Program-made: the position numbers and the translations under genes
Notes under the pieces: generated by a model
The model's input: the letters and a program-made list of their open reading frames with translations, nothing else
Told to the model about the DNA's origin: nothing
Databases searched by the model: none
From: an uncultured Lentimicrobiaceae bacterium
GTDB taxonomy: Bacteria > Bacteroidota > Bacteroidia > Bacteroidales > WCHB1-69
DNA length: 48,791 bases
Reading direction: 5' to 3'
Assembly (NCBI GenBank): GCA_964632815.1
Contig: CAZWCI010000001.1
Span: 5,658 to 54,448 of the forward strand
In this document: positions 1 through 8,137 of the stretch, in pieces
Position numbering within the stretch: position 1 is the first letter of the stretch
Layout of the letters: each line of letters begins with the position of its first letter

Positions 1-762
1 ATATTGATCAAGGTCTTTATTGCAAACTAGAACTTTACTATTTTTAGAGGATAAGAGCTGATCCGTAAATTCTACCTCCGGAAGGTTGATGTCAATCCAA
101 TCAATTTCTGAACGATGGGTCATGATGTGTTTTGCCCGTTTATCAGAAAAATAGAATAATTTCTCATGAATCACATTCTGTTCTTCTTCGATAACTCCTT
201 CTTTAGAAGCAAATCTGATTATTTGGCGAATCTCTTCTTCCGTCACATGATTTTCTGGCGGAGAAATACCGATCATCTTGTTGATTAAATGAGTTGAGAA
301 AGCTAATAATTTTACAAGTGGAAAGAATAGAGTAGTGACTACATAAATAGTGGGGGCTACTTTTACAGCCGCATTTTCGGGTTTTGACAACGCAATCGTT
401 TTCGGAACCAATTCGCCAAGAACAATCGAAAGAAATGTGATAATGGCAATACTTAGGGTAACGGAAATACCGTAAGAAGCGGTCGGGGAAACATTCATCC
501 ATACAAATAAAGGGGTCAGATATTTGGCTAAACTTACCCCACCATAAAAACCGGTAATAATTCCAATCAGCGTAATTCCAACTTGGATTGATGAGAGAAA
601 ATTTCCCGAATTGTCTAGCAATTTGAGCGCATATTTTGCTCCTTTGGAATTCTGCTCTTTTAAATGCTCCAACCTGAGTTTTTTGGAGGAGATTAAGGCA
701 ATTTCACTTAACGAAAAAAAACCGTTCAGTAAAATTAATAAAATAACTATGATTATTTCCAA
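1..762 (-). CDS. Hemolysin/CorC-family membrane protein (DUF21/CNNM transmembrane domain followed by start of CBS region); 3' end runs off the window
   Basis: My own reverse-strand translation is open from 762 to 1 and in frame with position 1. It reads LEIIIVILLILLNGFFSLSEIALISSKKLRLEHL...ITLIGIITGFYGG...GELVPKTIAL...EEEIRQIIRFASKEGVIEEEQNVIHEKLFYFSDKRAKHIMTHRSEIDWI, the typical TlyC/CorC N-terminal layout. There is no in-frame ATG, so the likely start is TTG at 760-762. The ORF track misses it and lists a wrong-frame ORF at 203-502 instead. Confidence 0.8.
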   Translation of the reverse strand, partial: MEIIIVILLILLNGFFSLSEIALISSKKLRLEHLKEQNSKGAKYALKLLDNSGNFLSSIQVGITLIGIITGFYGGVSLAKYLTPLFVWMNVSPTASYGISVTLSIAIITFLSIVLGELVPKTIALSKPENAAVKVAPTIYVVTTLFFPLVKLLAFSTHLINKMIGISPPENHVTEEEIRQIIRFASKEGVIEEEQNVIHEKLFYFSDKRAKHIMTHRSEIDWIDINLPEVEFTDQLLSSKNSKVLVCNKDLDQY

Positions 763-783
763 AATGAAAGGGATTAATAAAAT

Positions 784-1095
784 TTATTTTTTTAGAATTT
801 CTGTTCTGTTCTTTTTTATGTAATAAAAATAGAGAATAAGATCAAAAGCCACTAAAAATAAATTGAATACATATAAATAAGTGACATAGTCATAATCATT
901 GATGATTTTATGGAGAATACCGAACCCGTATCCGGCAATAATAATCATCATAAATACAGGACTCTTCCCGATTACAATTTTTGTTCGTAAAGCTTTAATT
1001 ATAGAAATGGGCCAGCTACAAGCAAAACAAATTAACATCAGTACTTCAAAAAAATTTGAACCCGGTGTACCAATCATATTGTCTGTCAAAATCAT
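784..1095 (-). CDS. Small integral membrane protein, about 3 TM helices, PQ-loop/SemiSWEET-like
   Basis: 103-aa ORF with three hydrophobic segments. The motif SWPISIIKALRTK resembles a PQ-loop signature (P-x...RTK). It lies 21 nt upstream of, and co-directional with, the hemolysin-family gene. Confidence 0.45.
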   Translation of the reverse strand: MILTDNMIGTPGSNFFEVLMLICFACSWPISIIKALRTKIVIGKSPVFMMIIIAGYGFGILHKIINDYDYVTYLYVFNLFLVAFDLILYFYYIKKNRTEILKK

Positions 1096-1209
1096 TTTTC
1101 TTTCTGTTTTTCAGTTACTAAATTCCTCTATTATAGCTAAAAAAAAGATGAAATTCAGATGTGCAAAATTACAACTTTTTTAAATACAAAAGAAAGAAGA
1201 ATTATGATT

Positions 1210-2115
1210 CTAATATCGAGGATGAAAAAGAGAAATATTACTTTTAATGTACTCTTTATCAAGGTGGGTGTATATTTCGGTTGTGGTGATGCTTTCGTGT
1301 CCCAACATTTCTTGGACGGCACGCAAATCGGCTCCTCCTTCAATAAGATGAGTTGCGAAAGAGTGCCGGAAGGTATGTGGACTTACATTTTTTGAGACCC
1401 CGGATAGTTGTACTAACTGTTTGACAATCATGAAAATCATTTCTCGAGTGAGTTGTCCCCCACGCCTGTTAAGGAAGAGAATGTCTTCACTTCCTCTCTT
1501 GATTGTGAGATTTGAACGATCTTCCATGTATAAGAGAATTGCTTTTTGTGCAGTTTGACCTATCGGAACCAATCGCTCCTTATTGCCTTTGCCGATAATT
1601 CTGATGTATCCTTCCTGAAATCTAAGTTGAGAAATTTTCAATTGAATGAGTTCACTTACCCGTAGCCCACAGCCATACAAAACTTCAATAATGGCTTTGT
1701 TGCGATGTCCTTCATTTGCACTCAAGTCAATGGCTTTGATAATCGATTCAATTTCCGGAATAGAAAGAACTTCGGGGAGATGTATCCCTATTTTTGGAGA
1801 TTCTAATAATTCTGTAGGATCTTCAGAAATAATTCGCTCATAGATTAAATAGCGATAAAAACCTTTGAGTGCTGAAATAATGCGTGCTTGAGTGCGTGGT
1901 GAAATTTGTTGTTTATATAAATAAGATAAAAAAGAATGTAAATCTTCAAGAGTAACCTCTTCAAGCCTTTTCTTTTCCTCTAAAAAGAGATATAATTTAT
2001 TAAGATCATGCATATATGCCTCTATCGTTTTAGACGAATATGATTTCTCTAATTGGAGATATTGGTAAAACATTTTGACATAGATGTCGGAAGTAAACTG
2101 ATTAAGTTGTTCCAT
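1210..2115 (-). CDS. xerD: Tyrosine site-specific recombinase XerD
   Basis: 301 aa. The N-terminal SAM-like core-binding region reads YLQLEKSYSSKTIEAYMHDLNKL. The catalytic region contains GLRVSEL, HTFRHSFATHLIEGGADLRAVQEMLGHESITTTEIYTH (R-H-R-Y type signature). Confidence 0.9.
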   Translation of the reverse strand: MEQLNQFTSDIYVKMFYQYLQLEKSYSSKTIEAYMHDLNKLYLFLEEKKRLEEVTLEDLHSFLSYLYKQQISPRTQARIISALKGFYRYLIYERIISEDPTELLESPKIGIHLPEVLSIPEIESIIKAIDLSANEGHRNKAIIEVLYGCGLRVSELIQLKISQLRFQEGYIRIIGKGNKERLVPIGQTAQKAILLYMEDRSNLTIKRGSEDILFLNRRGGQLTREMIFMIVKQLVQLSGVSKNVSPHTFRHSFATHLIEGGADLRAVQEMLGHESITTTEIYTHLDKEYIKSNISLFHPRY

Positions 2116-2191
2116 TGCAGATTAAAATATATTATAGTGCAAAGGTACGAAAGAAAAATGGAGTTAATGTTGGTGATATTAATATTTTTTG

Positions 2192-2199
2192 TACTTTTG
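2192..2199 (+). promoter_or_regulatory. Bacteroidota-type -7 promoter box (TAnnTTTG) for tRNA-Ala
   Basis: TACTTTTG is an exact match to TAnnTTTG. It ends 14 nt upstream of the tRNA 5' end, the same spacing as at tRNA-His. Confidence 0.55.
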
Positions 2200-2212
2200 C
2201 GATCTCGTTTTT

Positions 2213-2286
2213 GGGGCGTTAGCTCAGTTGGCTAGAGCGTTAGACTGGCAGTCTAAAGGTCACGGGTTCGACTCCCGTACGCTCCA
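2213..2286 (+). tRNA. tRNA-Ala (anticodon GGC)
   Basis: Folded by hand into a cloverleaf: acceptor GGGGCGT/ACGCTCC with the G3:U70 alanine identity pair, D arm GCTC/GAGC, anticodon stem TTAGA/TCTAA with loop CTGGCAG, T arm ACGGG-TTCGACT-CCCGT, discriminator A. CCA is not encoded. Confidence 0.9.
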
Positions 2287-2297
2287 CAAAAACACGG

Positions 2298-2340
2298 ACA
2301 GGTTGATAAATTAATTTTATCAACCTGTTTTTTTCTTTTT
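2298..2340 (+). terminator. Rho-independent terminator after tRNA-Ala
   Basis: Perfect 13-bp inverted repeat ACAGGTTGATAAA / TTTATCAACCTGT, followed by a T-run (TTTTTTTC). Confidence 0.75.
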
Positions 2341-2474
2341 ACTTAAAATAATATAAAAATTATTCCATATTGGCAACATTGAACAATTTATATTGTCTAT
2401 TTTGATGATGATAAAATGGTTATTTACAATTGTAATATATAAAAAATGTGTATTGCTTTTTTAGAAAATAAATG

Positions 2475-2482
2475 TATTTTTG
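2475..2482 (+). promoter_or_regulatory. -7 promoter box (TAnnTTTG) for first T9SS cargo gene
   Basis: TATTTTTG lies 38 nt upstream of the ATG at 2520. Confidence 0.45.
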
Positions 2483-2519
2483 CCATAAACGTATCAAAAT
2501 GTAAAATAGGCTTTATTGT

Positions 2520-4364
2520 ATGAAAAATCGAGATATTTTTTACTTTTTTATCGGATTTTTTTTCTTAATTTCAGCGGGTCAGCCATTAAGAGCGCAATCT
2601 CCGTGTGATGTCAACGGAATAAATCCATTCTGTACTGATGATAATCCATACGGAATCACATATAATTCGGGAACATCAGGTGATGCTTCCTCTTTTTTTG
2701 GTTCTTCCAGTTATGCCTGTTTGTATAGTATGCCAGCTCCTGCTTATTACTATCTTAGAATTTCTTCTCCCGGAGATCTTTTAATTCATATAAGACAAGT
2801 ATCAGTTGGCGGATATGAAATTGATGTTGACTTTGCATGTTGGGGACCTTTTAATGCGACTAATGAATCTGCATTTATTAATAATCTTTGTTCAGGACAA
2901 TATAATTTGGATAATGTGACCAGTGGAAGTCATGTGCCTTCAGGTGGTTATCATGATCCCAATAATCCAAGTAGTTGGGGAGGGTATCCAAACGGAAATT
3001 TAGTCGATTGCAGTTATAGTGCCGTGGGAACAGAATGGTGCTATATCCCTTATGCACAAGTAGGACAATATTATATATTGCTTCTTACGAATTATTCGAG
3101 AAGTCCTGGAACGATTACCTTCTCCCAATCTTCGGGTTCTGCCAATACAGATTGTTCCCTTTTAGCTTCAGTAAGCCATAATGGACCTTTGTGTGAAGGG
3201 GAAACACTTATTTTTACATGCGACAACTATCAAGCCGGAGCTACATATTCATGGAGCGGCCCGAATAACTGGACTTCAAATTTGCAGAATCCGGTAATTC
3301 AGAACACTACTGCTGCCATGTCTGGGATATATACATTTCAAATGCTTCATCAAGGTGAAACCTTTACCGAAACGACTTCCGTTCAAATTTACCCACTCCC
3401 GATAGTCAATATTACCCCTCCAAACCCTGCTGTTTGTGACGGAGATACGATTTCCCTTCAAGCTTCCGGAGGCGGAACTTATGAATGGAGTAATGGGAGT
3501 ACAGATTCAATCATAACAGTTGTTCCAACACAAACAGAAACATATTCAGTGACCGTAACCTCTGATTTTGGGTGTGTTTCTACTTCATCAGCTACCATCA
3601 GATACGGACAAACCAACAACTATGCTTTACTTGATGAAATTTGTTCAGGGAACAGAGTCTCAGTATCTCCATACGATCCTTCCGTAAGTTATGTTTGGAA
3701 TTCAGGTGAAACATCTTATTCAATCCTTCCTCAAGTAAGTGTTCCTACCCAATATATTGTGGTTATAACAGATAGTAACGGTTGTATTGTGACCGACTCC
3801 ATTATGGTTTATCCAACCCCTGTTGCTGATTTTATACCGGATGCATATTCCAAAGAAATGGAAGACGGGATGGCTGTGATTAACTTTACCGACTTATCGG
3901 ACGGAGCAGAATTTTGGAAATGGAGTTTTGGAGATCAGGGAGCATCCGGAAATTTTTCTGATGTTCCTTCACCATTATATGTTTATACACGACCAGGATT
4001 GTATCAAATTTGCCAAGTGGTTTCTACTGCTCATAATTGTGCTGATACTCTTTGTCGAAGAGTGCTTATTACCACTCCATTTAATTTTTATATTCCCAAT
4101 TCATTTACTCCTTATCGTCAAAATGGACTTAATGATGTTTTTGCTCCCAAAGGAGTAGGTATTATGCCTGAAAATTATGAAATGGTAATTTATAACAACT
4201 ACGGACAATTAATCTTTAAGACTAATGAACTTTTTGGTGGATGGGACGGCTCTTTGCCAAATGGAGAAATTGCTCCTATGGGAGTATATGTTTATAGAAT
4301 TACATTGTATGATTTTAGTGAAGATGAAAAGATTTATTACGGGACTGTAACTCTGATAAGGTAG
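2520..4364 (+). CDS. Secreted multi-domain cell-surface protein with T9SS type-B C-terminal domain (gliding motility-associated CTD); paralog 1
   Basis: 614 aa. Signal peptide ends ...SAGQPLRAQS. A Cys-rich N-terminal domain of about 190 aa follows, then Ig-like repeats (GPLCEGETL...YSWSGPNNWTSNLQNPVIQNTTAAMSGIYT) and a PKD-like segment (FTDLSDGAEFWKWSFGD). The C terminus FYIPNSFTPYRQNGLNDVFAPKG...YEMVIYNNYGQLIF...WDG...GVYVYRI...GTVTLIR is typical of the type-B CTD. Confidence 0.85.
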   Translation: MKNRDIFYFFIGFFFLISAGQPLRAQSPCDVNGINPFCTDDNPYGITYNSGTSGDASSFFGSSSYACLYSMPAPAYYYLRISSPGDLLIHIRQVSVGGYEIDVDFACWGPFNATNESAFINNLCSGQYNLDNVTSGSHVPSGGYHDPNNPSSWGGYPNGNLVDCSYSAVGTEWCYIPYAQVGQYYILLLTNYSRSPGTITFSQSSGSANTDCSLLASVSHNGPLCEGETLIFTCDNYQAGATYSWSGPNNWTSNLQNPVIQNTTAAMSGIYTFQMLHQGETFTETTSVQIYPLPIVNITPPNPAVCDGDTISLQASGGGTYEWSNGSTDSIITVVPTQTETYSVTVTSDFGCVSTSSATIRYGQTNNYALLDEICSGNRVSVSPYDPSVSYVWNSGETSYSILPQVSVPTQYIVVITDSNGCIVTDSIMVYPTPVADFIPDAYSKEMEDGMAVINFTDLSDGAEFWKWSFGDQGASGNFSDVPSPLYVYTRPGLYQICQVVSTAHNCADTLCRRVLITTPFNFYIPNSFTPYRQNGLNDVFAPKGVGIMPENYEMVIYNNYGQLIFKTNELFGGWDGSLPNGEIAPMGVYVYRITLYDFSEDEKIYYGTVTLIR

Positions 4365-4479
4365 TCATTGTTTTTGCTTTGATTTTAAATTTATTAATAT
4401 AATTCTGATTGATTTTTTCTAATAAAGGGGAACTTGTTTATACTGTATAATCTTTAATTTATAAATCAAAAAGATACGT

Positions 4480-4487
4480 TAATTTTG
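4480..4487 (+). promoter_or_regulatory. -7 promoter box (TAnnTTTG) for second T9SS cargo gene
   Basis: TAATTTTG lies 29 nt upstream of the ATG at 4516, so each paralog appears to have its own promoter. Confidence 0.45.
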
Positions 4488-4515
4488 TAACTCAAATTAT
4501 TCGAATATTCTAAGC

Positions 4516-6345
4516 ATGAAAAAATATTATTTAATTCTTTTTTTAATTACTGTTTTTCTGAATTCAATTTACGCTCAATCTCCTTGTGATCCTGATGGTA
4601 TTCATCCTTTTTGTACTGAAGCAAATCCTTATGGTGTTACCTATTATACAGCAACCAGCGGTTCTGCGGATGATTTTTTAGGACCATCGGGTTATAGTTG
4701 TTTATATAGTTATCCAGCTCCTGCTTATTATTATCTTCGTATTTCAGATCCGGGAGATTTGTTAATTTATATAGAACAACAATCGATTAATGGAGGATAT
4801 GAATTAGATGTTGATTTTGCTTGTTGGGGACCTTTTCAAGCGAATACGCAGGAACAATTTATTCAAAATTTGTGCTCTGGAGTTTACGCCCTTGATGATC
4901 AAGATATGGGGAGCCACTTTGTTTATGATGGGTATCATTCTCCAACTGATCCGAGTACATGGGGTGGTTATCCGGCCGGAAATGTGGTGGATTGCAGTTT
5001 TGACCCCTCAGGCTATGAATGGTGTTATATCCCTAATGCTCAAGTGGGAGAGTATTATTTGATAATTTTGACAAACTTTTCATTGGAAGCCGGAATTATT
5101 ACTTTTAATCGGGAAAATGTCTCATCTGCTACTACCGACTGTTCTTTACTTGCACCCGTGAGCAACAATGGACCTTTGTGCGCGGGAGCCACTCTGTATC
5201 TAACTTGTCATAATAGTGAAGCAGGTGCTACTTATTATTGGACAGGTCCCAACGGGTGGACTTCTAATTTACAAAATCCTGTGATACAGAATACAACAAC
5301 TGCTATGTCAGGTGAATATACTTTAACAATGATCTTTGACGGAGATACAGGTGTTGCCTCTACAACGGTTTTAATAACCAACCAAGCTAATATTGCGATA
5401 ACCCCCGCTCTTCAAGGCTTATGCGCCGGAGATACTGTTACGTTTACAGCTTCCGGTGGAAATACCTATTTGTGGAGTACCGGTGAAACTACCTCATCTA
5501 TTGAAGTAAGTCCTACTGTTACAACTGTTTATACTGTTACCGGAACTGCAAACGGTGGATGCTCTGCTACAGCCACAGCTACAGCCGAATTAGGTCAGGC
5601 ATCTGCGGTTTCAATACCTTCTCCTGTATGTGAAGGGAAACCAATAACCGTTTCACCCAATTCACCAGGATATACTTATTTGTGGAATTCAGGAGAAACA
5701 TCTCCTTCTATCTTTCCTGATGTTACTATTCCTACAACCTACACTGTTACAGTAACAGATGCCTACGGATGTTCAGGAACGGCCTCAGTTGTAGTCAATC
5801 CTTCTCCGACAGCAGATTTTACAATCTCCCATGCAGAATTGGAAATAGAAGATGGATTTGCAGTGGCAAATTTTACCAATTTATCTCAAGATGCAGATAT
5901 GTGGGTATGGAATTTCGGAGATTTCAATGCAACCGGAAACCAATCGTCTGAGATGTCTCCAAGTTATGCTTATACTCATTCCGGTATTTATACCGTTTGG
6001 TTAGTTGTTTCTACAATAGAGAATTGTAAAGATTCTATCAGCAGAGTTGTTACGGTAACAACTCCTTTTGAATTTTATATTCCAAATGCTTTCACTCCTA
6101 ATATTAACGGATTGAATGAGGTTTTTGCCCCTACAGGCGTGGGCGTTTCTCCCAATAATTATGAGATGTCTATATATAATAGTTATGGAGAACTTATTTA
6201 TTATACAACAGAACTTTATGGCTCTTGGGATGGAAAAGTGAAAGGAAAACTTGTGCCTGCAGATGTGTATGTGTACCATTTTGTAATTGAGTCAGTTGAT
6301 GGATTTCAACGTAAATTTACAGGTACAGTAACTGTCATAAGATAA
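4516..6345 (+). CDS. Secreted multi-domain cell-surface protein with T9SS type-B C-terminal domain; paralog 2
   Basis: 609 aa and collinear with 2520-4364. The same N-terminal motifs are present (QSPCD, PFCT, NPYG-TY, PAPAYYYLRIS-PGDLLI, DVDFACWGPF, NLCSG, WGGYP-GN-VDCS, EWCYIP-AQVG-YY, TDCSLLA), as are the Ig-like repeats, the PKD-like segment and the C terminus FYIPNAFTPNINGLNEVFAP...VYVYHF...GTVTVIR. Confidence 0.85.
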   Translation: MKKYYLILFLITVFLNSIYAQSPCDPDGIHPFCTEANPYGVTYYTATSGSADDFLGPSGYSCLYSYPAPAYYYLRISDPGDLLIYIEQQSINGGYELDVDFACWGPFQANTQEQFIQNLCSGVYALDDQDMGSHFVYDGYHSPTDPSTWGGYPAGNVVDCSFDPSGYEWCYIPNAQVGEYYLIILTNFSLEAGIITFNRENVSSATTDCSLLAPVSNNGPLCAGATLYLTCHNSEAGATYYWTGPNGWTSNLQNPVIQNTTTAMSGEYTLTMIFDGDTGVASTTVLITNQANIAITPALQGLCAGDTVTFTASGGNTYLWSTGETTSSIEVSPTVTTVYTVTGTANGGCSATATATAELGQASAVSIPSPVCEGKPITVSPNSPGYTYLWNSGETSPSIFPDVTIPTTYTVTVTDAYGCSGTASVVVNPSPTADFTISHAELEIEDGFAVANFTNLSQDADMWVWNFGDFNATGNQSSEMSPSYAYTHSGIYTVWLVVSTIENCKDSISRVVTVTTPFEFYIPNAFTPNINGLNEVFAPTGVGVSPNNYEMSIYNSYGELIYYTTELYGSWDGKVKGKLVPADVYVYHFVIESVDGFQRKFTGTVTVIR

Positions 6346-6374
6346 TTTATTCCCCATTAAGGCGTTATTGATAT

Positions 6375-7157
6375 ATGATGAATAGAAAAATTATTTTTTT
6401 GCTATTAAGTATAGCTATACTCTCCATAATAGATTCTTTGGCTCAAGATTTACCTTCAGATTCTACGGACTTGAAGTACGAGAGAACTGATAAGTTCCTT
6501 TTGCCGCAAATTAACTACGATTGGATCTCTTTTCAAATTAAAGCCCAGATAACTACTGAAGAAGAACAACCTCCTCAGATTCAAATTTTTGTGGTTAATA
6601 GAATAGATAGTATTATTTATTTGAATTTTAATAAATCAGGGATAGAATTATTGCGAATGGTTTTTACTCCGGATGAGGTTATTTACGTGAATAAAATGAG
6701 TGAGTCCTATTATCAGGGAGGGTATGAGCCTTTAACATCTATGATTGGAGTCCCCTTAGATTTTTATCTTCTTCAATCTATATTGAATGCTGTTGATTTA
6801 AAAGGGTTTACCCCCGAACTTGAATTTTTTGAAAAAGATAGCTTACTGCATTTGACTTCACCACATCGAACCAATGCGAGTACAAAGATGATTATTATGC
6901 AACAAGTACTCTTAAATCCTGATTTTTCCATAGCTTTGAATGAAATTACGGATCTTGGTTTAAGATATTCATTACTTGCAAAATATGATGAATACATGAC
7001 AATCTCCGATTTCCCTTTTTATAGTAAAATTCGCTTGGATGTTGAAAGTTTTGATATGGTATTAGAAGGAGAAATAAAAAATGTGAAGATAAATGTGCCG
7101 GGTCCAACTACCATCCGAATTCCATCCAAATTTACTCCATTAATTGATAAACAATAA
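6375..7157 (+). CDS. Exported protein, DUF4292/LolB-like (tentative)
   Basis: 260 aa with a signal peptide (LLLSIAILSIIDSLAQ). Size and pattern (W-SF-IKAQI...IYLNFNKSGIELLRMVFTPDEVIYVNK) recall the Bacteroidota DUF4292 family. The assignment is from memory only. Confidence 0.45.
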   Translation: MMNRKIIFLLLSIAILSIIDSLAQDLPSDSTDLKYERTDKFLLPQINYDWISFQIKAQITTEEEQPPQIQIFVVNRIDSIIYLNFNKSGIELLRMVFTPDEVIYVNKMSESYYQGGYEPLTSMIGVPLDFYLLQSILNAVDLKGFTPELEFFEKDSLLHLTSPHRTNASTKMIIMQQVLLNPDFSIALNEITDLGLRYSLLAKYDEYMTISDFPFYSKIRLDVESFDMVLEGEIKNVKINVPGPTTIRIPSKFTPLIDKQ

Positions 7158-7171
7158 GCAATAATAGATTT

Positions 7172-8137
7172 ATGATGAATGATAAAATAAAAGAATTGGC
7201 TATTGAAGTTCTTCAAATGGAAGCTGATTCATTGCTTCATTTAAAGCAATTTATTAATGATGATTTTGTTAAAAGTGTAGAGCTTATTATGCAAGCCAAA
7301 GGAAGAGTTGTGGTTACAGGTATTGGAAAAAGCGCTATAATAGCTCAAAAAATTGTGGCAACCTTTAATTCTACCGGGACTCCGGCTGTTTTTATGCATG
7401 CTGCAGATGCTATTCATGGAGATTTAGGAATTATTCAACCCGATGATGTGGTGCTCTGTCTCTCAAAAAGTGGAAATACTCCTGAGATATCAGTATTGGT
7501 TCCGTTTCTTAAAATGAGCAAAAATAAGTTAATTGCCATGGTAGGGAATACGAACTCTTTTTTAGCAGGAGAGGCTGATTTTGTGCTGGATTGTTCTGTG
7601 GAAAAAGAAGCCTGTCCTAATAATTTAGCCCCAACTTGCAGCTCAACGGCACAATTGGCTATGGGCGATGCTTTGGCCAGTTGCTTAATCGAACGAAGAG
7701 GATTCTCTTCAAAAGATTTTGCAAAATTTCATCCGGGAGGAATTCTTGGAAAAAGACTCTATGTGAAAGTTAATGACCTTTCTAAATTTAATGAATTGCC
7801 TCAAATCAAAGAATCCGATTCAATCAAAACTGCTATTCTTGAAATTTCAGGAAAATGTCTTGGAGTTACTGCAGTTGTTGAAAAGGATAAAATTGTGGGT
7901 GCTATTACCGATGGGGATTTGAGAAGAATGCTGGAGAAAAATGAAACGTATGATCACTTGTTGGCAAAAGATATTATGACGCGCAATCCCAAAACAATTC
8001 ATTTCAATGCGCTTGCCATCGAAGCTCTGGAATTAATGAAAAAGAAAAATATTACCAACCTCTTTGTGGTTAATGATCAAGAACAGTATGTAGGGGTAAT
8101 TCACCTTCATGATATAATCAAAGAAGGTATTTTCTAA
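7172..8137 (+). CDS. kdsD: Arabinose-5-phosphate isomerase, KpsF/GutQ family (SIS domain + CBS pair)
   Basis: 321 aa. SIS motifs are GRVVVTGIGKSAIIAQKIVATFNSTGTPA and LSKSGNTPE. A C-terminal CBS pair is present (IMTRNPKTI...LFVVNDQEQYVGVIHLHDI). Confidence 0.85.
   Translation: MMNDKIKELAIEVLQMEADSLLHLKQFINDDFVKSVELIMQAKGRVVVTGIGKSAIIAQKIVATFNSTGTPAVFMHAADAIHGDLGIIQPDDVVLCLSKSGNTPEISVLVPFLKMSKNKLIAMVGNTNSFLAGEADFVLDCSVEKEACPNNLAPTCSSTAQLAMGDALASCLIERRGFSSKDFAKFHPGGILGKRLYVKVNDLSKFNELPQIKESDSIKTAILEISGKCLGVTAVVEKDKIVGAITDGDLRRMLEKNETYDHLLAKDIMTRNPKTIHFNALAIEALELMKKKNITNLFVVNDQEQYVGVIHLHDIIKEGIF

Noticed and set aside
203-502. 99-aa ORF listed on the minus strand
   Set aside because: It is in the wrong frame within the hemolysin/CorC-family gene. 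Its Cys/Arg/Phe-rich translation has no family features, while the alternative frame gives a continuous DUF21-CBS protein.
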